In this document: piece by piece, positions 11,756 through 24,000 of the stretch
Numbering within the stretch: position 1 is the first letter of the stretch
How the letters are laid out: each line of letters starts with the position of its first letter
DNA from: an uncultured Acidobacteriota bacterium
GTDB lineage: Bacteria; Acidobacteriota; Vicinamibacteria; Vicinamibacterales; UBA8438
Reading direction: 5' to 3'
Assembly: GCA_913043225.1 (NCBI GenBank)
Contig: CAJWLU010000004.1
Span: 1-64,000 of the forward strand
Length of the DNA: 64,000 nucleotides
Made by a program: the position numbers and the translations under genes
Notes under the pieces: model-generated
What the model was told of the DNA's origin: nothing
What the model saw: only the letters and a program-made list of their open reading frames with translations
Databases searched by the model: none

Positions 11756-11989
11756 ATGACGACGGACTCGCAGTTACTGAAAGACCAACTTCTGCGGACC
11801 GACCACGGGTTCCGCCAGCTCGCTGAACAGCACCACGTGCTGGACACCCGCCTCGACCAGCTCTCAAGCCAGCACATCCTCTCGGAACCGGAACAGCTGG
11901 AGCGGATCACCTTGAAGAAACGAAAGCTGCGGCTCAAACACCGGATGCAGCACATCCTGCGCCGCCACGTCGACCCGCCGACAGCGTAG
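11756..11989 (+). CDS. Small DUF465/YdcH-family coiled-coil protein
   Basis: GGAGG RBS before ATG 11756; FRQLAEQHHVLD...LKKRKLRLKHRM pattern. Confidence 0.75.
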   Translation: MTTDSQLLKDQLLRTDHGFRQLAEQHHVLDTRLDQLSSQHILSEPEQLERITLKKRKLRLKHRMQHILRRHVDPPTA

Positions 11990-12028
11990 CAACCCGCGAG
12001 TCACGGCAGAACCGCGCCTCTCGTTTAC

Positions 12029-12655
12029 ATGACCATTGATCGCGCCGGGTGGCCGTTCATCGGTGCCGCATGGCTGCCGGCCGCAGCATGCCTGTTCACT
12101 GGCCTCCCTCTTCCCGCCATCGGGCTAGCGATTCTCGGTGTGGCGCTCGGCCTCTTCTTCCGGGACCCGGTGCGACATCCCCCCACAGAACCCGGCATCG
12201 TGGTTTCGCCGGCCGACGGCAAGGTTCTCTCAACGGGTCAGGCCGATCCCACGCTCGCCCCGGAGGGGGCCTGGGAACAAATCAGCATCTTCCTGTCGCC
12301 GCTCGACGTGCACGTCAACCGGGTTCCGCACGAGGGCCGCGTCACGCGCGTCGACCACGTACCAGGCAAATTCCTACCGGCATACCGCGACCGAGCGGAG
12401 GCCGAGAACGAGCGAAACGAAGTATGGGTTGAATATGAAGACCACACGATCGTATTCCGGCAAGTGGTTGGCACGCTGGCCAGGCGCGTCGTCTGCCGGG
12501 TAAAGGTTGGAGACTCGGTGCGGACGGGCGAACGGTTCGGTATCATGAAGTTCGGCTCCCGGATGGACGTCTTTCTTCCAGCCGGAACCGATCTGCTAGT
12601 CACAGCAGGCGACACAGTACGTGGCGGCGAAACCATCGTCGCGCGATTGATCTAG
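12029..12655 (+). CDS. psd: Phosphatidylserine decarboxylase proenzyme (short type)
   Basis: FFRDP, VSPADGKV, IFLSPLDVHVNRVP, NERN, self-cleavage motif KFGSRMD. Confidence 0.93.
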   Translation: MTIDRAGWPFIGAAWLPAAACLFTGLPLPAIGLAILGVALGLFFRDPVRHPPTEPGIVVSPADGKVLSTGQADPTLAPEGAWEQISIFLSPLDVHVNRVPHEGRVTRVDHVPGKFLPAYRDRAEAENERNEVWVEYEDHTIVFRQVVGTLARRVVCRVKVGDSVRTGERFGIMKFGSRMDVFLPAGTDLLVTAGDTVRGGETIVARLI

Positions 12656-12660
12656 CAACT

Positions 12661-13482
12661 ATGGCTCGAGTACTAGCGGTCCTCCGGGGCAAGAAGCAGA
12701 ACCGACGATTCCGGCGCGGCGTCTATCTTCTGCCAAGCATGTTCACCGTCGGGAACCTGTTCTGCGGGTATGCGTGCATCGTGCACGCGATGCGGGGCGC
12801 CTACGCGACAGCGGCGGTGTTCATCGGCGTCGCCATCGTGCTGGACGGGCTCGACGGGCGCATCGCCAGGCTGGCTGACGCCGCAAGCGAGTTCGGCGGC
12901 GAGTTCGACTCGCTTGCGGACGTGATCTCGTTCGGTGTCGCCCCTGCGATCCTGATGTTCAGCTGGGGGCTTGAAGGCCTAGGCCGCCTTGGCTGGGCGA
13001 TCGGCTTTCTGTATGTCACCGCCACCGCCTTGCGCCTTGCGCGATTCAACGTGCAGCCGGGCAGCAGTGACAAACGCTACTTCATCGGCATGCCCAGTCC
13101 GGCGTCGGCCGGTGTGCTCGCGTCCACCGTCTTCGCGTGGCCGGCCGGTTTCGGGATCGAGCAAGGCCCCACCCTGGCCTTGGCGATTGTCACCGTCCCG
13201 GCCGGACTCATGGTGAGCCGTCTCCGGTTCCGCAGCCTCGGAGCCCTGGCACTGCGGCCGCGCAGCTCGTCTCTGGTCTTACTGCAGTTCGCCGGCCTGA
13301 TCGCGGCCATCGCCGTCGAACCCCGACCGGTTCTCTTCGCGATGTCCTACGCCTACCTACTGTCTGGCCCGAGCGGATTCCTGTGGACCAAGCTCAGGCC
13401 CGCGAGTAAACGTGGGGGCAAGGCCGCGACAGCCAACTCCACACAGCGCACGCAAGCTACCGGCTCAGGCCTCGGTGGCTGA
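12661..13482 (+). CDS. pssA: CDP-diacylglycerol--serine O-phosphatidyltransferase
   Basis: LPSMFTVGNLFCG, DGLDGRIAR...FGGEFDSLADVISFGVAP, RLARFN, FIGMPSP. Confidence 0.94.
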   Translation: MARVLAVLRGKKQNRRFRRGVYLLPSMFTVGNLFCGYACIVHAMRGAYATAAVFIGVAIVLDGLDGRIARLADAASEFGGEFDSLADVISFGVAPAILMFSWGLEGLGRLGWAIGFLYVTATALRLARFNVQPGSSDKRYFIGMPSPASAGVLASTVFAWPAGFGIEQGPTLALAIVTVPAGLMVSRLRFRSLGALALRPRSSSLVLLQFAGLIAAIAVEPRPVLFAMSYAYLLSGPSGFLWTKLRPASKRGGKAATANSTQRTQATGSGLGG

Positions 13483-16400
13483 CGGCGTGGCCGAGGCAGC
13501 CTCCACCAGGGGTCTCGCCGGTAGCGTGACCGCGACCCGCGTTCCTTGCCCCGCCTCGCTTGTCACGGCGATCTTGCCGCCGTTGAGCTCGACGTTCCGT
13601 TTGGCGATCGCCATCCCCAGCCCTGTCCCTGTCACCTTTGTCGAGAAGTAGGGCTCGAAGATTCGCGCCAGCGCTTCCGGCTCCAGCCCAACTCCGGTGT
13701 CTGAGACGGAGAGCTCGATTTGCGCCGCAGCCGTTTCGACCTCGATACTCAGCCGTCCCTCGCTCGGCATCGCGTGGAGGGCATTCTCGATAATATTGAT
13801 CAGTGCCCTCTGTATCAGTAGGCGATCGAGAATAAGCGGTGGCAGTGATCGAGGCACGCGCACCACGACCTCGATCCGGCCTTCAAGCCCCTGGCGGTAG
13901 GGAGAGACGATCTCCTCCAAGAGGGTCTCTAGCTCTGTCTCCTCCGGCTCAGCCTTAGGCGACGAGGCGTAACTCGAGAACTCCGACGCGATCTGGCGCA
14001 GGATCCGCACCTGCTTGAGAATCGCCGTCACGCAGCCTTCGAGCACAGGCGACAGAGGAGCCCCCTGGTCGGCATGGACACGACGCAGATGCTCCGCGTT
14101 CAGCTGCACCGGCGTCAGCGGGTTCTTGATTTCGTGCGCGACCTGCCTGGCCATCTCGCTCCACGCTTCGAGACGATGGGTCCGCTCGAGTTGTCTCCGT
14201 TGCGTTTCGAGCTCCTGGGCCATCTTCGTGAAGTCCGCCTCGAGAATGTCGAGTTCGTCGGCTGACTGTTCGGCCACCCGCCTCTTTAGCAGGTTGACCC
14301 GGTGCAGTGACGCCAGGGTCGTGAACTCGCCTTGAGCGACTCGGCCCGTAGCCCGAGTGAGCCGGCGCACCGGGTCGGCGATGCTTCTCGCGATTCCCCA
14401 TCCAACCACGCCGACCAAACCAACGAAGAAGAGCGTCGAGGCCCAGATACGACGGTTTACCTCCTCGATCTGGCTCTCGATTTCCTGCTGTCGTGAGGCT
14501 AGAGGTACGGTCAGGATCGCATCCTGTCCGACCATCGGCACTGGAGCGGCGGCCAGTTGATAGCGCAGGTCTCCAATTGAGTCTTCTCCGACAAAACTCG
14601 TCAGCTGGTCCAGATACACCGCTCGGTACACCTGCTCGGGAGTCCGCGTGGGGAGGAGACCTGAGGCGTACAGGTCACGTTCGCTCGTGGCGAGAAGCTC
14701 GGCGCCCTGAAAAATATTCACGTCCTCGCCGACGACCTGGCTGATCCAAACCAGCACCTCATCGCTGAACGGGGCGACCACCCGTCCCTCCACCGGCTGC
14801 AGGACGGCAGACTCTTCGATCACGCTTCTGGCCAGCGTCGCCGTGCGAGCCGCTCCAGCCTCCACATCGGCCCGGAGCTGGTCAGCGAGATAGCCCTGAA
14901 TGAAGAACGCGATCACAACTACCGGCACAGCAGCCACGCCCAAGAACCAGAGTTGAAGCTTGAGCGCGAACCGGGCCCGGACTTCGCGCCATGGCAGAAG
15001 CCGACGTAGCCCAGGCGAGAGGAGCCCCCCGACGATGACCGCCGCGAGGAGCACGCCGAACGTGACGATGACGAGGCTGGCAAGCTCGGACAGATGCAAT
15101 AGGTGGTCGAAACCCGTGTGAACCGGATAGCCCAGCGCATAAATGCCGGCCCGGTCGTTGATCACATGCACCTCGTAGTCCAAGCCGTCCTTGTGAAGTC
15201 GAGTCCAGAACGGTGTCCGCGACTTGTAGCTTCTCTGAAAGAGCGCCTCGTCGAGCGGCCAGGCCGAACGCCCTGAAACGAAAGTAGGCTGGAGTCCCCA
15301 CCCGTAGATAACGAGCTCGACGCCATGTCCCGGCGCCGAGGGAAGGGCGTCCGTCATTCCGGCTCTGAGCAGTTCTACGTACGGGCTTCGAGGAGAGATA
15401 AACGACAGCGACTCGTAGTCGACCTGCGCGACATGCACGACAACCCCACCCAGTGTCGCCGCACCCCCGTCCGGAGTCAGCGCGCAGATAGCCCGTTCCG
15501 CGTGGAGCGTACGGCGCTCCTCTGAGCCGAACGGCGCAACTTCACCGAACACAAGCCAGTCACATCCCTGGCCGCTCCACTGGGTGGTATTCAGGGCGTA
15601 CTCCGGGACGTTAAGCGCTTCAGGGATGTTGAACGCGAACCGACTTGTCAACTCGCCAGCCGCGTCATACAGCTCGACTGAAGAGGTGAGCCGGGACGAG
15701 GCAAGTGCCGTCTGCTGCCAGATGCCGAACGCCCGATCGGTATCCAACCGACGAGTTAGGTCCGCATCCGCGCCAGGCGCCGCCAAGCCGGCCAAGTCTG
15801 GTATGGCATCGATCTGTCCCTGCGTTTGTGCCAGCCGGTTCTGTAAGTCATAAGGGTGGTCGGCGGTCAGCCCAGCGTAATCGTCTTCTATGACGCGTCG
15901 ACGCTCTCGATCGGTGGCATCGACCAGTCCTACATACAGCGGCGGGACGGCAAGCAGTACCGCCGCCGGCACCACGAGCGATCTGGCCAGGGGGTCTGCG
16001 TGCCGGAACCAGGTCATCAAGGGCCGCCACCGCCAGGCCAGTCCCAGGGCGGCACCCATGATGAGCAGTGACGGGACCGCTGGCATCGGCGCAGCTAAAC
16101 TTGCGACAGCTGCGGGTGCAAGCGCCAACGCCCCAAGCCACCACCATCGCCACTGAAGCCACGCGACCGGCCAAGCAGCCGCCACGGCCCCAAGTAACAG
16201 GCTGACGGCCCAGATGATGGCCGCGGTGACCAGCACCAGCGCCAGTTGGATGGCAGCGCGCGCCGTGTCGATCGGCACGATCGCCGTGTGCATCAGGTCC
16301 ACTCGCACCCCGGCCACGGTGTCCCGCACCAGCAGGTCCTGCACGCCGAGCAACAGCGCGGCGCCAGACGCACAACCGAGCGACCAGAGGACAACCCGCG

Positions 16401-17475
16401 CCACCTCAGACCCTTCGCCGCCGCGTCCCGGCCGCCCATGCCATCGCCACCGATTCACCAGATCAGCCACCAAGACGACGAGACCTGCGAGCGCCGCACC
16501 AGCCATCAGGAGGTCGACGGCCGTCCTGAGTAGCATCGGCGCTCGCGCCGATGTATAGATCCCGGGCGAGACCATGGCGAGTGGGAACCGCCCGGGCGTC
16601 GCGGCAAACCAGAGTGCCCCCCAAGCGCCCATGATTGACGCGGCCGCGACCCAGAACGTCCGGAGGTATCGGGCCGATACTCGGGTCACTAATACCAAGC
16701 CGGTCGCAGCGAGTAGGGCACAGCTCACCAGAAGCCACAGCAGAGACCAGACCGCTTCCCGCCAGCGCGCCCGTGTTTCGGCGACGTCACCGAGGCTCAT
16801 GGTCGCGTCGAACAGCACCCGGCCGTCGGCCCCGTCCACCGTAAACCGGTCCATCGCGGCACCGGTCATCCCTTGACCGGTCGGGCCCACCCGCACCCGT
16901 CCTACCGACGTCTCCAGCACGAAGGGGCCCCGGTCGGCGCCTTCGGTCCGCACCGCCGACAGTACCTGTTCGACAACCACCACGCCCAGCCGACGCACGG
17001 TGGTCTCTGGCGCGGCGTCCACCACCGGCTCCACCCGAACCAACCTCAGCCCAGCCTGCCCGACGTCGACAAACCCGGCGGGGCGGGAACCGACCCGACC
17101 GCGAGACAATGAGGCCCCGCGCCCACTCCAGGCGCGCGGCGTGCCGCGCGCGTCGTACACCGTAATCGCCAGGTCAGGGCTCCCCTCGGCTATGGAGACA
17201 TCTTCCAAGACCTCGAAGAGCCGGCGGACTGCCGGTCGGTCGCCACCCATCCCACCGCGCACTTCGGACCGGCCAGCCAGGCCGCGGGCCACCGCGCCCA
17301 GAGCCGTGTCGACCGCGACAACCTCAGCCCGCAGCTCGTCAATACCGTGCTCGCGGGCGGCGGCATTCGTTCGCCCAATGAGGAGGAGTTCAGCCGCCGC
17401 CGCGACGGCGAGCAGCAGCAGAGCCGCACAGCCAGTGGTCACCAGAAGGCGACGCCAGACGAGGACAGGTGTCAT
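13465..17475 (-). CDS. Very large multi-TM sensor histidine kinase (HAMP-HisKA-HATPase, NtrY-like C-terminus)
   Basis: AWSEMARQVAHEIKNPLTP H-box, NIIENALHAM N-box, DTGVG, FEPYFSTK, GTGLGM; many hydrophobic segments; start uncertain (17475 or 17577). Confidence 0.9.
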   Translation of the reverse strand: MTPVLVWRRLLVTTGCAALLLLAVAAAAELLLIGRTNAAAREHGIDELRAEVVAVDTALGAVARGLAGRSEVRGGMGGDRPAVRRLFEVLEDVSIAEGSPDLAITVYDARGTPRAWSGRGASLSRGRVGSRPAGFVDVGQAGLRLVRVEPVVDAAPETTVRRLGVVVVEQVLSAVRTEGADRGPFVLETSVGRVRVGPTGQGMTGAAMDRFTVDGADGRVLFDATMSLGDVAETRARWREAVWSLLWLLVSCALLAATGLVLVTRVSARYLRTFWVAAASIMGAWGALWFAATPGRFPLAMVSPGIYTSARAPMLLRTAVDLLMAGAALAGLVVLVADLVNRWRWHGRPGRGGEGSEVARVVLWSLGCASGAALLLGVQDLLVRDTVAGVRVDLMHTAIVPIDTARAAIQLALVLVTAAIIWAVSLLLGAVAAAWPVAWLQWRWWWLGALALAPAAVASLAAPMPAVPSLLIMGAALGLAWRWRPLMTWFRHADPLARSLVVPAAVLLAVPPLYVGLVDATDRERRRVIEDDYAGLTADHPYDLQNRLAQTQGQIDAIPDLAGLAAPGADADLTRRLDTDRAFGIWQQTALASSRLTSSVELYDAAGELTSRFAFNIPEALNVPEYALNTTQWSGQGCDWLVFGEVAPFGSEERRTLHAERAICALTPDGGAATLGGVVVHVAQVDYESLSFISPRSPYVELLRAGMTDALPSAPGHGVELVIYGWGLQPTFVSGRSAWPLDEALFQRSYKSRTPFWTRLHKDGLDYEVHVINDRAGIYALGYPVHTGFDHLLHLSELASLVIVTFGVLLAAVIVGGLLSPGLRRLLPWREVRARFALKLQLWFLGVAAVPVVVIAFFIQGYLADQLRADVEAGAARTATLARSVIEESAVLQPVEGRVVAPFSDEVLVWISQVVGEDVNIFQGAELLATSERDLYASGLLPTRTPEQVYRAVYLDQLTSFVGEDSIGDLRYQLAAAPVPMVGQDAILTVPLASRQQEIESQIEEVNRRIWASTLFFVGLVGVVGWGIARSIADPVRRLTRATGRVAQGEFTTLASLHRVNLLKRRVAEQSADELDILEADFTKMAQELETQRRQLERTHRLEAWSEMARQVAHEIKNPLTPVQLNAEHLRRVHADQGAPLSPVLEGCVTAILKQVRILRQIASEFSSYASSPKAEPEETELETLLEEIVSPYRQGLEGRIEVVVRVPRSLPPLILDRLLIQRALINIIENALHAMPSEGRLSIEVETAAAQIELSVSDTGVGLEPEALARIFEPYFSTKVTGTGLGMAIAKRNVELNGGKIAVTSEAGQGTRVAVTLPARPLVEAASATPSATEA

Positions 17476-17644
17476 CTCGAGCGTGTGGTCCTCAGCGGGT
17501 CCGACGACAGTGACAGTTCGCCCAGATATCCGCAGACCGCCAGCATACTGGGCCCGTGCCTGCCTGAACACAGGCACTAGTCACGCGCCCTAACGCCACC
17601 ATGCGTGCGGAATCGACAGGCCCCGCCCTAGATCTCTGCAAAGG

Positions 17645-17668
17645 TACTGCCGCTCGGAGGCGGCAGTA
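17645..17668. terminator. Stem-loop just downstream of the beta-propeller/SPOR gene
   Basis: Perfect 9-bp inverted repeat TACTGCCGC-TCGGAG-GCGGCAGTA; only a short U-tract follows on the minus strand. Confidence 0.5.
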
Positions 17669-17673
17669 TGGGG

Positions 17674-19356
17674 TTATGGCAGAGCAACGACGTACCACTC
17701 AGTGGCGAGCGTCACCTCTACGCGTCTACCCACCGCTTCGGCAGCGGCGCGATCAGGGTAATCGCCAATCCGCACCCGAAAGAGCCGCGGACGGTCTTCC
17801 GCCGCCGGCTCGAACACGTAGGCCGGAAGGTCGTTGGCCGCCAGCCTGGCGACCATAGCGTCGGCGGAGTCCCTACTGGTCAACGCCGCGACCTGCACGG
17901 CAAAGCTCGTCCCCCTGCGGGCCATTTGCGGCGGCTCACTCGGGACGGTTGCGGCCGATGACGGCATTGTTGTCTCAGTCCGCGGGGACTCCGCCACAGT
18001 AGCTTGTACGGGCGCTGGCACGTCAGTGAACAGCGAATTGTCCGGTGCTACGCTCGACGCGGGTCCGGCCACGACAGTCGGCAACGCACTGGGGTCGGCG
18101 GCCGTCAGGCCGGCCGGCGCCGGGGAACCATCGAGCGTGGGCGGCGGAAGCAGCGTCGATATCAGGGCCGGCCCAGCCTCGGCTCCGTCCTCATCGCCGT
18201 CGTCGTTGCCGCTAGCAACCGCCGTTGGCTTCTTGAAGAACAGCGGCGCCACGGAGGCTTCGACAAGAAATGGGGTTGCACCGCGCACCAGCGCTCGCAG
18301 CCGGCCATCTCCGGTGACGTACAACACGACCGCGCCCAGCGTCGGCTCGGTCAGAACCAGCGGGGGAAAGGCCACTTCGGTCGGCGCACGTAGCCGGCCG
18401 TAAAGCATCCCGTCTTCAGGATCGTGGAAGCTTAGGGTCTGACCGAGGCCGGCGAGCACCAGCAGGTCGTCGGCATGCGCGGGTCCGTCGGTCGGGCGGG
18501 CCGCGAGAGTCTGCCGCCACCGTTGATTCCCGCTGGCCCGATCGAGGGCCCACACCACGTTGTCGAGCGAGGAGAAATAGACCCGTTCCTCGTCCACGGC
18601 GGCTCGGCCGATGATATCGCCCCCGGTGCGCCATCGCCACTTGACCGATCCGTCAACGCTCGATAACCGATAGAAGTGATTGTCGGTCGCCCCGACGAAC
18701 AGATCGTCCAGCGGAAGCACTTCGGTGGGGGGGCCATCAAATTGCTGCTCCCACAAGAGCTGACCACTCCGCAGCGAGAGTGCCAGCAGCCCACCGTTGT
18801 CGAGAGAGACATACATGCGGTCTGCAGCCAGGGCCGGTCTCACGTGAGCAACTCCGCCCAGAGCGCGGTTCCAGATGGTCTCACCGGTCTCGGCAGCCAA
18901 CGCCAGAAGCGCCTGGGACTCAAGCGCCACAACTAGCCACCCATTATTCCAGACGAGTGGCGCTGAGAGCCGCGACGGTAGGGACACCTGCCAAACGAGG
19001 GCACCGGTCTCCAGACTCAGCGCACGGAGCGAGTTCGAGGTCGCCGCATAGAACAGGCCTCCACCGATGGCTGGCACCCCCTCCACGGTCTGCACCGCTT
19101 CCCATTCGACCTCACCATCGAGCAGGGCGACCGCCACTATCTGTCCGTCTCGAAGCGGGACATAGATTCGGCTGTCGGCGTGTAAGGGCGGAGCTGCCGG
19201 GGAGGCCGGCAGGTTAGTGGTCCAGAGCTCTTCGAGAGGCAGAAGGGTTGACGGGTCGCGGCGATCGCGATCCGAACTCTGAGCTGCCGCGAGCGGTTGT
19301 GCGAGCAACACGGCCGCCAACACCACGCATGACACGCACATGGTAGGGCTTATCAT
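17674..19356 (-). CDS. Secreted PQQ-type (BamB-like) beta-propeller protein with C-terminal SPOR domain
   Basis: Signal peptide; repeated A(L/V)xxxxGxxxW blades; Pro/Ala-rich linker; SPOR signature FAVQVAAL...[16 protein letters not shown]. Confidence 0.82.
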   Translation of the reverse strand: MISPTMCVSCVVLAAVLLAQPLAAAQSSDRDRRDPSTLLPLEELWTTNLPASPAAPPLHADSRIYVPLRDGQIVAVALLDGEVEWEAVQTVEGVPAIGGGLFYAATSNSLRALSLETGALVWQVSLPSRLSAPLVWNNGWLVVALESQALLALAAETGETIWNRALGGVAHVRPALAADRMYVSLDNGGLLALSLRSGQLLWEQQFDGPPTEVLPLDDLFVGATDNHFYRLSSVDGSVKWRWRTGGDIIGRAAVDEERVYFSSLDNVVWALDRASGNQRWRQTLAARPTDGPAHADDLLVLAGLGQTLSFHDPEDGMLYGRLRAPTEVAFPPLVLTEPTLGAVVLYVTGDGRLRALVRGATPFLVEASVAPLFFKKPTAVASGNDDGDEDGAEAGPALISTLLPPPTLDGSPAPAGLTAADPSALPTVVAGPASSVAPDNSLFTDVPAPVQATVAESPRTETTMPSSAATVPSEPPQMARRGTSFAVQVAALTSRDSADAMVARLAANDLPAYVFEPAAEDRPRLFRVRIGDYPDRAAAEAVGRRVEVTLATEWYVVALP

Positions 19357-19469
19357 GGATGGACTACAAGATGTTGTGGTACGCAACCGTCTACCTCGAT
19401 ATAGTAAGCTTAACAGCTGCAGCTAAAGAATCACTCGATCTCACCTTCTTCCTGTCGTATCGGTCGCGT

Positions 19470-21008
19470 GTGGCACATCAAACGCTTCTCGTGCTTGATT
19501 TCGGGTCTCAATACACCCAGCTGATTGCGCGTCGGCTGCGCGAGCTAAAGGTCTACACCGAGATTCTTCCTTTTCAGACACCTGTTAGCGAGCTCCGGAC
19601 ACGACAACCTGCAGGCATCATCCTTTCAGGCGGGCCAATGAGCGTCTCCGACGACGGCGCTCCACGCTGCGCACCCGACGTGTTCCACCTCGGGGTGCCG
19701 GTCCTGGGCATCTGCTACGGGATGCAGCTGATGACCGACATGCTCGGGGGGACGGTGGAGCCAGCTCCAGAACGCGAGTTCGGACACGCTACTGTGACCG
19801 TGGACACCGAGAGCTCGCTCTTCGACACGGTACCGTCTGAGCTCAGGGTCTGGGCCAGTCACGGTGACCGGATCTCCAACCTGCCCTCCGGGTTCCGTGC
19901 GATCGGGACCAGCGCCAACGCTCCGATTGCCGCGATGGAGGACGCGACTCGGCGGTTCTATGCGCTACTGTTTCATCCTGAGGTGGTCCATACCGAACGT
20001 GGTGTCGACATCCTCGGAGAGTTTGCCGGTCCTATCTGTGGCTGCACGGGCGACTGGACGATGGCGTCTTTTCTCGACGAAGCGACGGCGCAGATTCAAG
20101 CGCAGGTGGGGGATGGTCGTGTCGTCTGCGGATTGAGTGGCGGGGTCGATTCCACAGTCGCCGCCCTGCTGATTCAACGGGCCATCGGCAACCGATTGAC
20201 CTGCATCTTCGTCGACAACGGATTGCTACGGAAGGATGAAGCCAAGCAGATCCGGGAGCGTTTCTCGACGCAGATACCGCTCAACGTGGTCTACGAGGAC
20301 GCGAGCACGCAGTTCCTCGACACCTTGTCCGGCGTTGTCGACCCCGAGCGTAAGCGAAAGATTATCGGCGGGACCTTCATCGACGTATTCGAAACGGTGG
20401 CTGCCCGACTTGGATCATTCGACTTCCTGGCTCAAGGGACACTGTATCCAGACGTCATCGAAAGCGTGTCCGTCGTGGGACCGGCCGCGCCGATCAAGAG
20501 CCACCATAACGTAGGCGGTCTTCCTGAACGCCTCCGATTCGCGTTGGTCGAACCGCTTCGTGCGCTGTTCAAGGACGAGGTTCGCAGCCTAGGTGAAGAG
20601 CTCGGTCTTGACGAACTGTTCGTGTGGCGCCAGCCGTTTCCTGGTCCGGGGCTAGCCGTGCGGATCCTGGGCGAAGTAACCGAGGCCCGACTGGAGATTC
20701 TCCGGGCGGCCGATACAGTTGTGGCCGAGGAGGTCCGCCGGTTCGGGTGGTATCGCCGCCTGTGGCAGTCGTTCGCGGTGCTGCTACCCATCCAGACCGT
20801 GGGCGTCATGGGCGACGAACGCACTTACGAGCACGTCGTGGCGCTGCGGGCCGTCGAAAGCCGTGACGGGATGACGGCAGACTGGGCCCGACTTCCCAGT
20901 GATCTACTGGCCGTAATCTCATCACGTATCGTGAACGAGGTCCGTGGCGTAAACCGCGTGGTCTACGACATCAGTAGTAAACCGCCCTCGACCATCGAGT
21001 GGGAGTGA
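19470..21008 (+). CDS. guaA: GMP synthase (glutamine-hydrolysing)
   Basis: [54 protein letters not shown]. Confidence 0.98.
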   Translation: MAHQTLLVLDFGSQYTQLIARRLRELKVYTEILPFQTPVSELRTRQPAGIILSGGPMSVSDDGAPRCAPDVFHLGVPVLGICYGMQLMTDMLGGTVEPAPEREFGHATVTVDTESSLFDTVPSELRVWASHGDRISNLPSGFRAIGTSANAPIAAMEDATRRFYALLFHPEVVHTERGVDILGEFAGPICGCTGDWTMASFLDEATAQIQAQVGDGRVVCGLSGGVDSTVAALLIQRAIGNRLTCIFVDNGLLRKDEAKQIRERFSTQIPLNVVYEDASTQFLDTLSGVVDPERKRKIIGGTFIDVFETVAARLGSFDFLAQGTLYPDVIESVSVVGPAAPIKSHHNVGGLPERLRFALVEPLRALFKDEVRSLGEELGLDELFVWRQPFPGPGLAVRILGEVTEARLEILRAADTVVAEEVRRFGWYRRLWQSFAVLLPIQTVGVMGDERTYEHVVALRAVESRDGMTADWARLPSDLLAVISSRIVNEVRGVNRVVYDISSKPPSTIEWE

Positions 21009-21014
21009 GGCGCG

Positions 21015-24000
21015 GTGTCCTCCGAGTTCGTTCACCTTCACCTGCATACCGAATTCTCACTACTTGATGGCGCCTGTCGGATCGGCGAACTACTGGATAG
21101 CGCCAAAGCCTCCGGCGCGCCGGCGCTAGCGGTTACGGAGCACGGCAACCTTTTCTCGAGCGTCATCTTTCATGACGAGGCAAGGAAACGTGACATCAAG
21201 CCGATCCTCGGGTGCGAGGTCTACGTCGCTAACGGCAGCCGCCACACCCGAAGCGGCACACCAGGGGAGACCAACAACCACCTGGTGCTACTGGCAGAAA
21301 CTCTGACCGGTTATCACAACCTCATCAAGCTCGTTTCGGCCGGCTACACCGAGGGTTTCTACTACAAGCCCCGGATTGATAAGGAGCTGCTAGCCGAGCA
21401 CGCCTCCGGCCTCGTCGGTCTCAGTGCATGTTTGAAGGGCGAGGTTGCCACCGGGCTCCGGAACGAACAACCGCGGAAAGCCCGCGAGGCCGCCGCCACA
21501 TTCCGAGACATCCTCGGGGCGGGCAACTTCTTTCTCGAGATGCAGTACCAGGGTATCGAGGAACAGCGCACGGTGAACACCGGACTACAGCCAATCGCGC
21601 GCGACCTGGGTATGCCACTGGTGTGCACAAACGACGTGCACTACCTCAAACAGGGCGACCACCGCCCACACGATGTGCTGCTGTGCATCGGCACGGGTAA
21701 GAACGTCGGCGACGAGCAGCGCCTGCGCTACCACGGCGACCAGTTCTTCCTGAAGTCGCCGGAGGAGATGGCCACCGTCTTCGGAGACTTCCCGCGGGCG
21801 ATGGCCAATTCCGTCGCCATTGCCGAGCGCTGCAACGTCGATCTCTCAGATCCTGGAAGCCACCTACCTAACTTCGAGGTTCCCGAGGACTTCAACGTCG
21901 ACACCTATTTCGAACACGTCACCCGCGAAGGCTTCGATCGACGAGTTGCGCATTGGAAGGAGCTTGAGGCACGCGGAGAGCTCAGACACTCGATCGACGC
22001 GTACGAACGACGGTTACGTCACGAGATCGACATCATCGTAAAGATGCGCTACCCAGGTTACTTCCTGATCGTCTGGGACTTTATTCGGTACGCGCGGGAA
22101 CGGGGCATCCCGGTGGGACCCGGGCGCGGTTCTGCGGCCGGGAGTCTGGTGGCGTACTGTCTGCAGATCACCGACATCGACCCGATGCAGTTCGACCTGA
22201 TCTTTGAGCGTTTCCTTAATCCAGAACGGGTCTCGCTGCCAGACATCGACATCGACTTCTGTGAGCGGCGGCGAGGCGAAGTGATCGACTACGTAACCCA
22301 AAAATACGGCCGGGATAACGTTGCCCAGATCATCACCTTCGGCACGATGAAGGCTCGCGCAGTCGTACGTGACGTCGGCCGCACCATGGGCATGTCCTAC
22401 GCCGATGTCGATCGCGTGGCCAAGGCGATCCCACCCGCGCTCGACATGACGCTGGATAAGGCGCTGGAGGAGAACCCAGCGCTCAAGACGATGGAGCGTC
22501 AGGATCCTCAGGTGAACGAGCTAATCGAGGTGGCCAAACGCCTGGAGGGCATCACGCGGCATGCATCAGTGCACGCTGCCGGCGTGGTCATCGCACCGGC
22601 TGCGATTACCGAGTTCGCCCCGGTCTATAAAAGCCAGAAGGACGAAATCACCACTCAGTGGGCCATGAAGGAGGTCGAACGAATGGGCCTCCTCAAGATG
22701 GACTTCCTAGGTCTCAGCACCCTGACGCTGCTCGATGATGCAGTAGCACATATCAAGGAGACTACCGGGGAGCATGTCGACCTCGACACGCTCCCGATGG
22801 ACGACGAGAAGACCTTCCAAGTGTTCTCGGACGGACAGACCCTTGGCGTCTTCCAGTTCGAGAGCTCCGGAATGCGTGACACCCTGCGCAAGGCGAAGCC
22901 GGATCGATTCGAGGACCTGATCTCGCTCAACGCGCTCTATCGTCCCGGCCCCCTCCGTGGCGGCGTTGTGGACGACTTCATCGCCCGACGTCACGGGAAG
23001 GTGGAGATCGAGTACGAGCTGCCCTCACTCGAGCCGATCCTCCAGGACAGCTATGGTGTCATCGCGTTCCAAGAGCAGGTGATGCGCATCGCCAGCGATC
23101 TGGCCGGGTTCACCATGGGCGACGCCGACGTGCTCCGGAAGGCAATGGGAAAGAAGAGCGCCGAGGTCATGCAAGCGCAGCGCGTGAAGTTCGTGGACGG
23201 TGCTGTAAAACGCGGCGTCGCGAGGCCACAGGCCACAAAGATCTTCGACCTCATGGAGTTCTTCGCAGGCTATGGCTTCAACAAGTCGCACTCCACGGCG
23301 TACGCGCTGCTGGCGTATCAGACCGCCTACCTCAAGGCGAACTACCCGCGGCATTTCATGGCCTCGCTTCTCACGATCGAGGCGCAGAACACCGACAAGC
23401 TCTCGCTCTATCTCAGCGAATGCCGCGACATGGGCGTCAAGATACTGCCGCCGGACATCAACGACAGCGATCTAGCTTTCAAGGTTACCCCCGACGGGGT
23501 GCGCTTCGGTCTCCGTGCAGTGAAGAATGTCGGGGAAGCGGCGATCGCCTCCATTCTTGAATGCCGCGCTCACGCCGGACAGCTCTCGTCGCTGTATCCG
23601 TTGTGCGAAGAGGTCGATCTGCGCCTCGTGAACAAGCGAGTCTTCGAGAGCCTGATCAAGGCCGGGGCGTTCGATTCAACGTTGCCACCGAGCTCGCGGC
23701 GTGCCGCCTCCGGCCGCGCCCAGCTCGCAGCTCTGGTCGACCGGGCCCTCGAGCATGGCAACCGATTCCAGCGCGACAGGGAACGCGGACAGACCCAGCT
23801 CTTCGAGACCCCGACTGCTGACACTGACCCGTCGGTAGCGTTGCCAGACGTTCCGGCGTGGACCGAAGCCGAACAGCTCGGCTACGAGAAGGAGTCACTA
23901 GGTCTGTATCTGAGCGGGCACCCGATCGAACGCTACCGCGATCAGCTCGAAGCAGCAGGCGCCAGCGCCATCAGCTCACTGACAGGAGGGAAGGGCGCGG

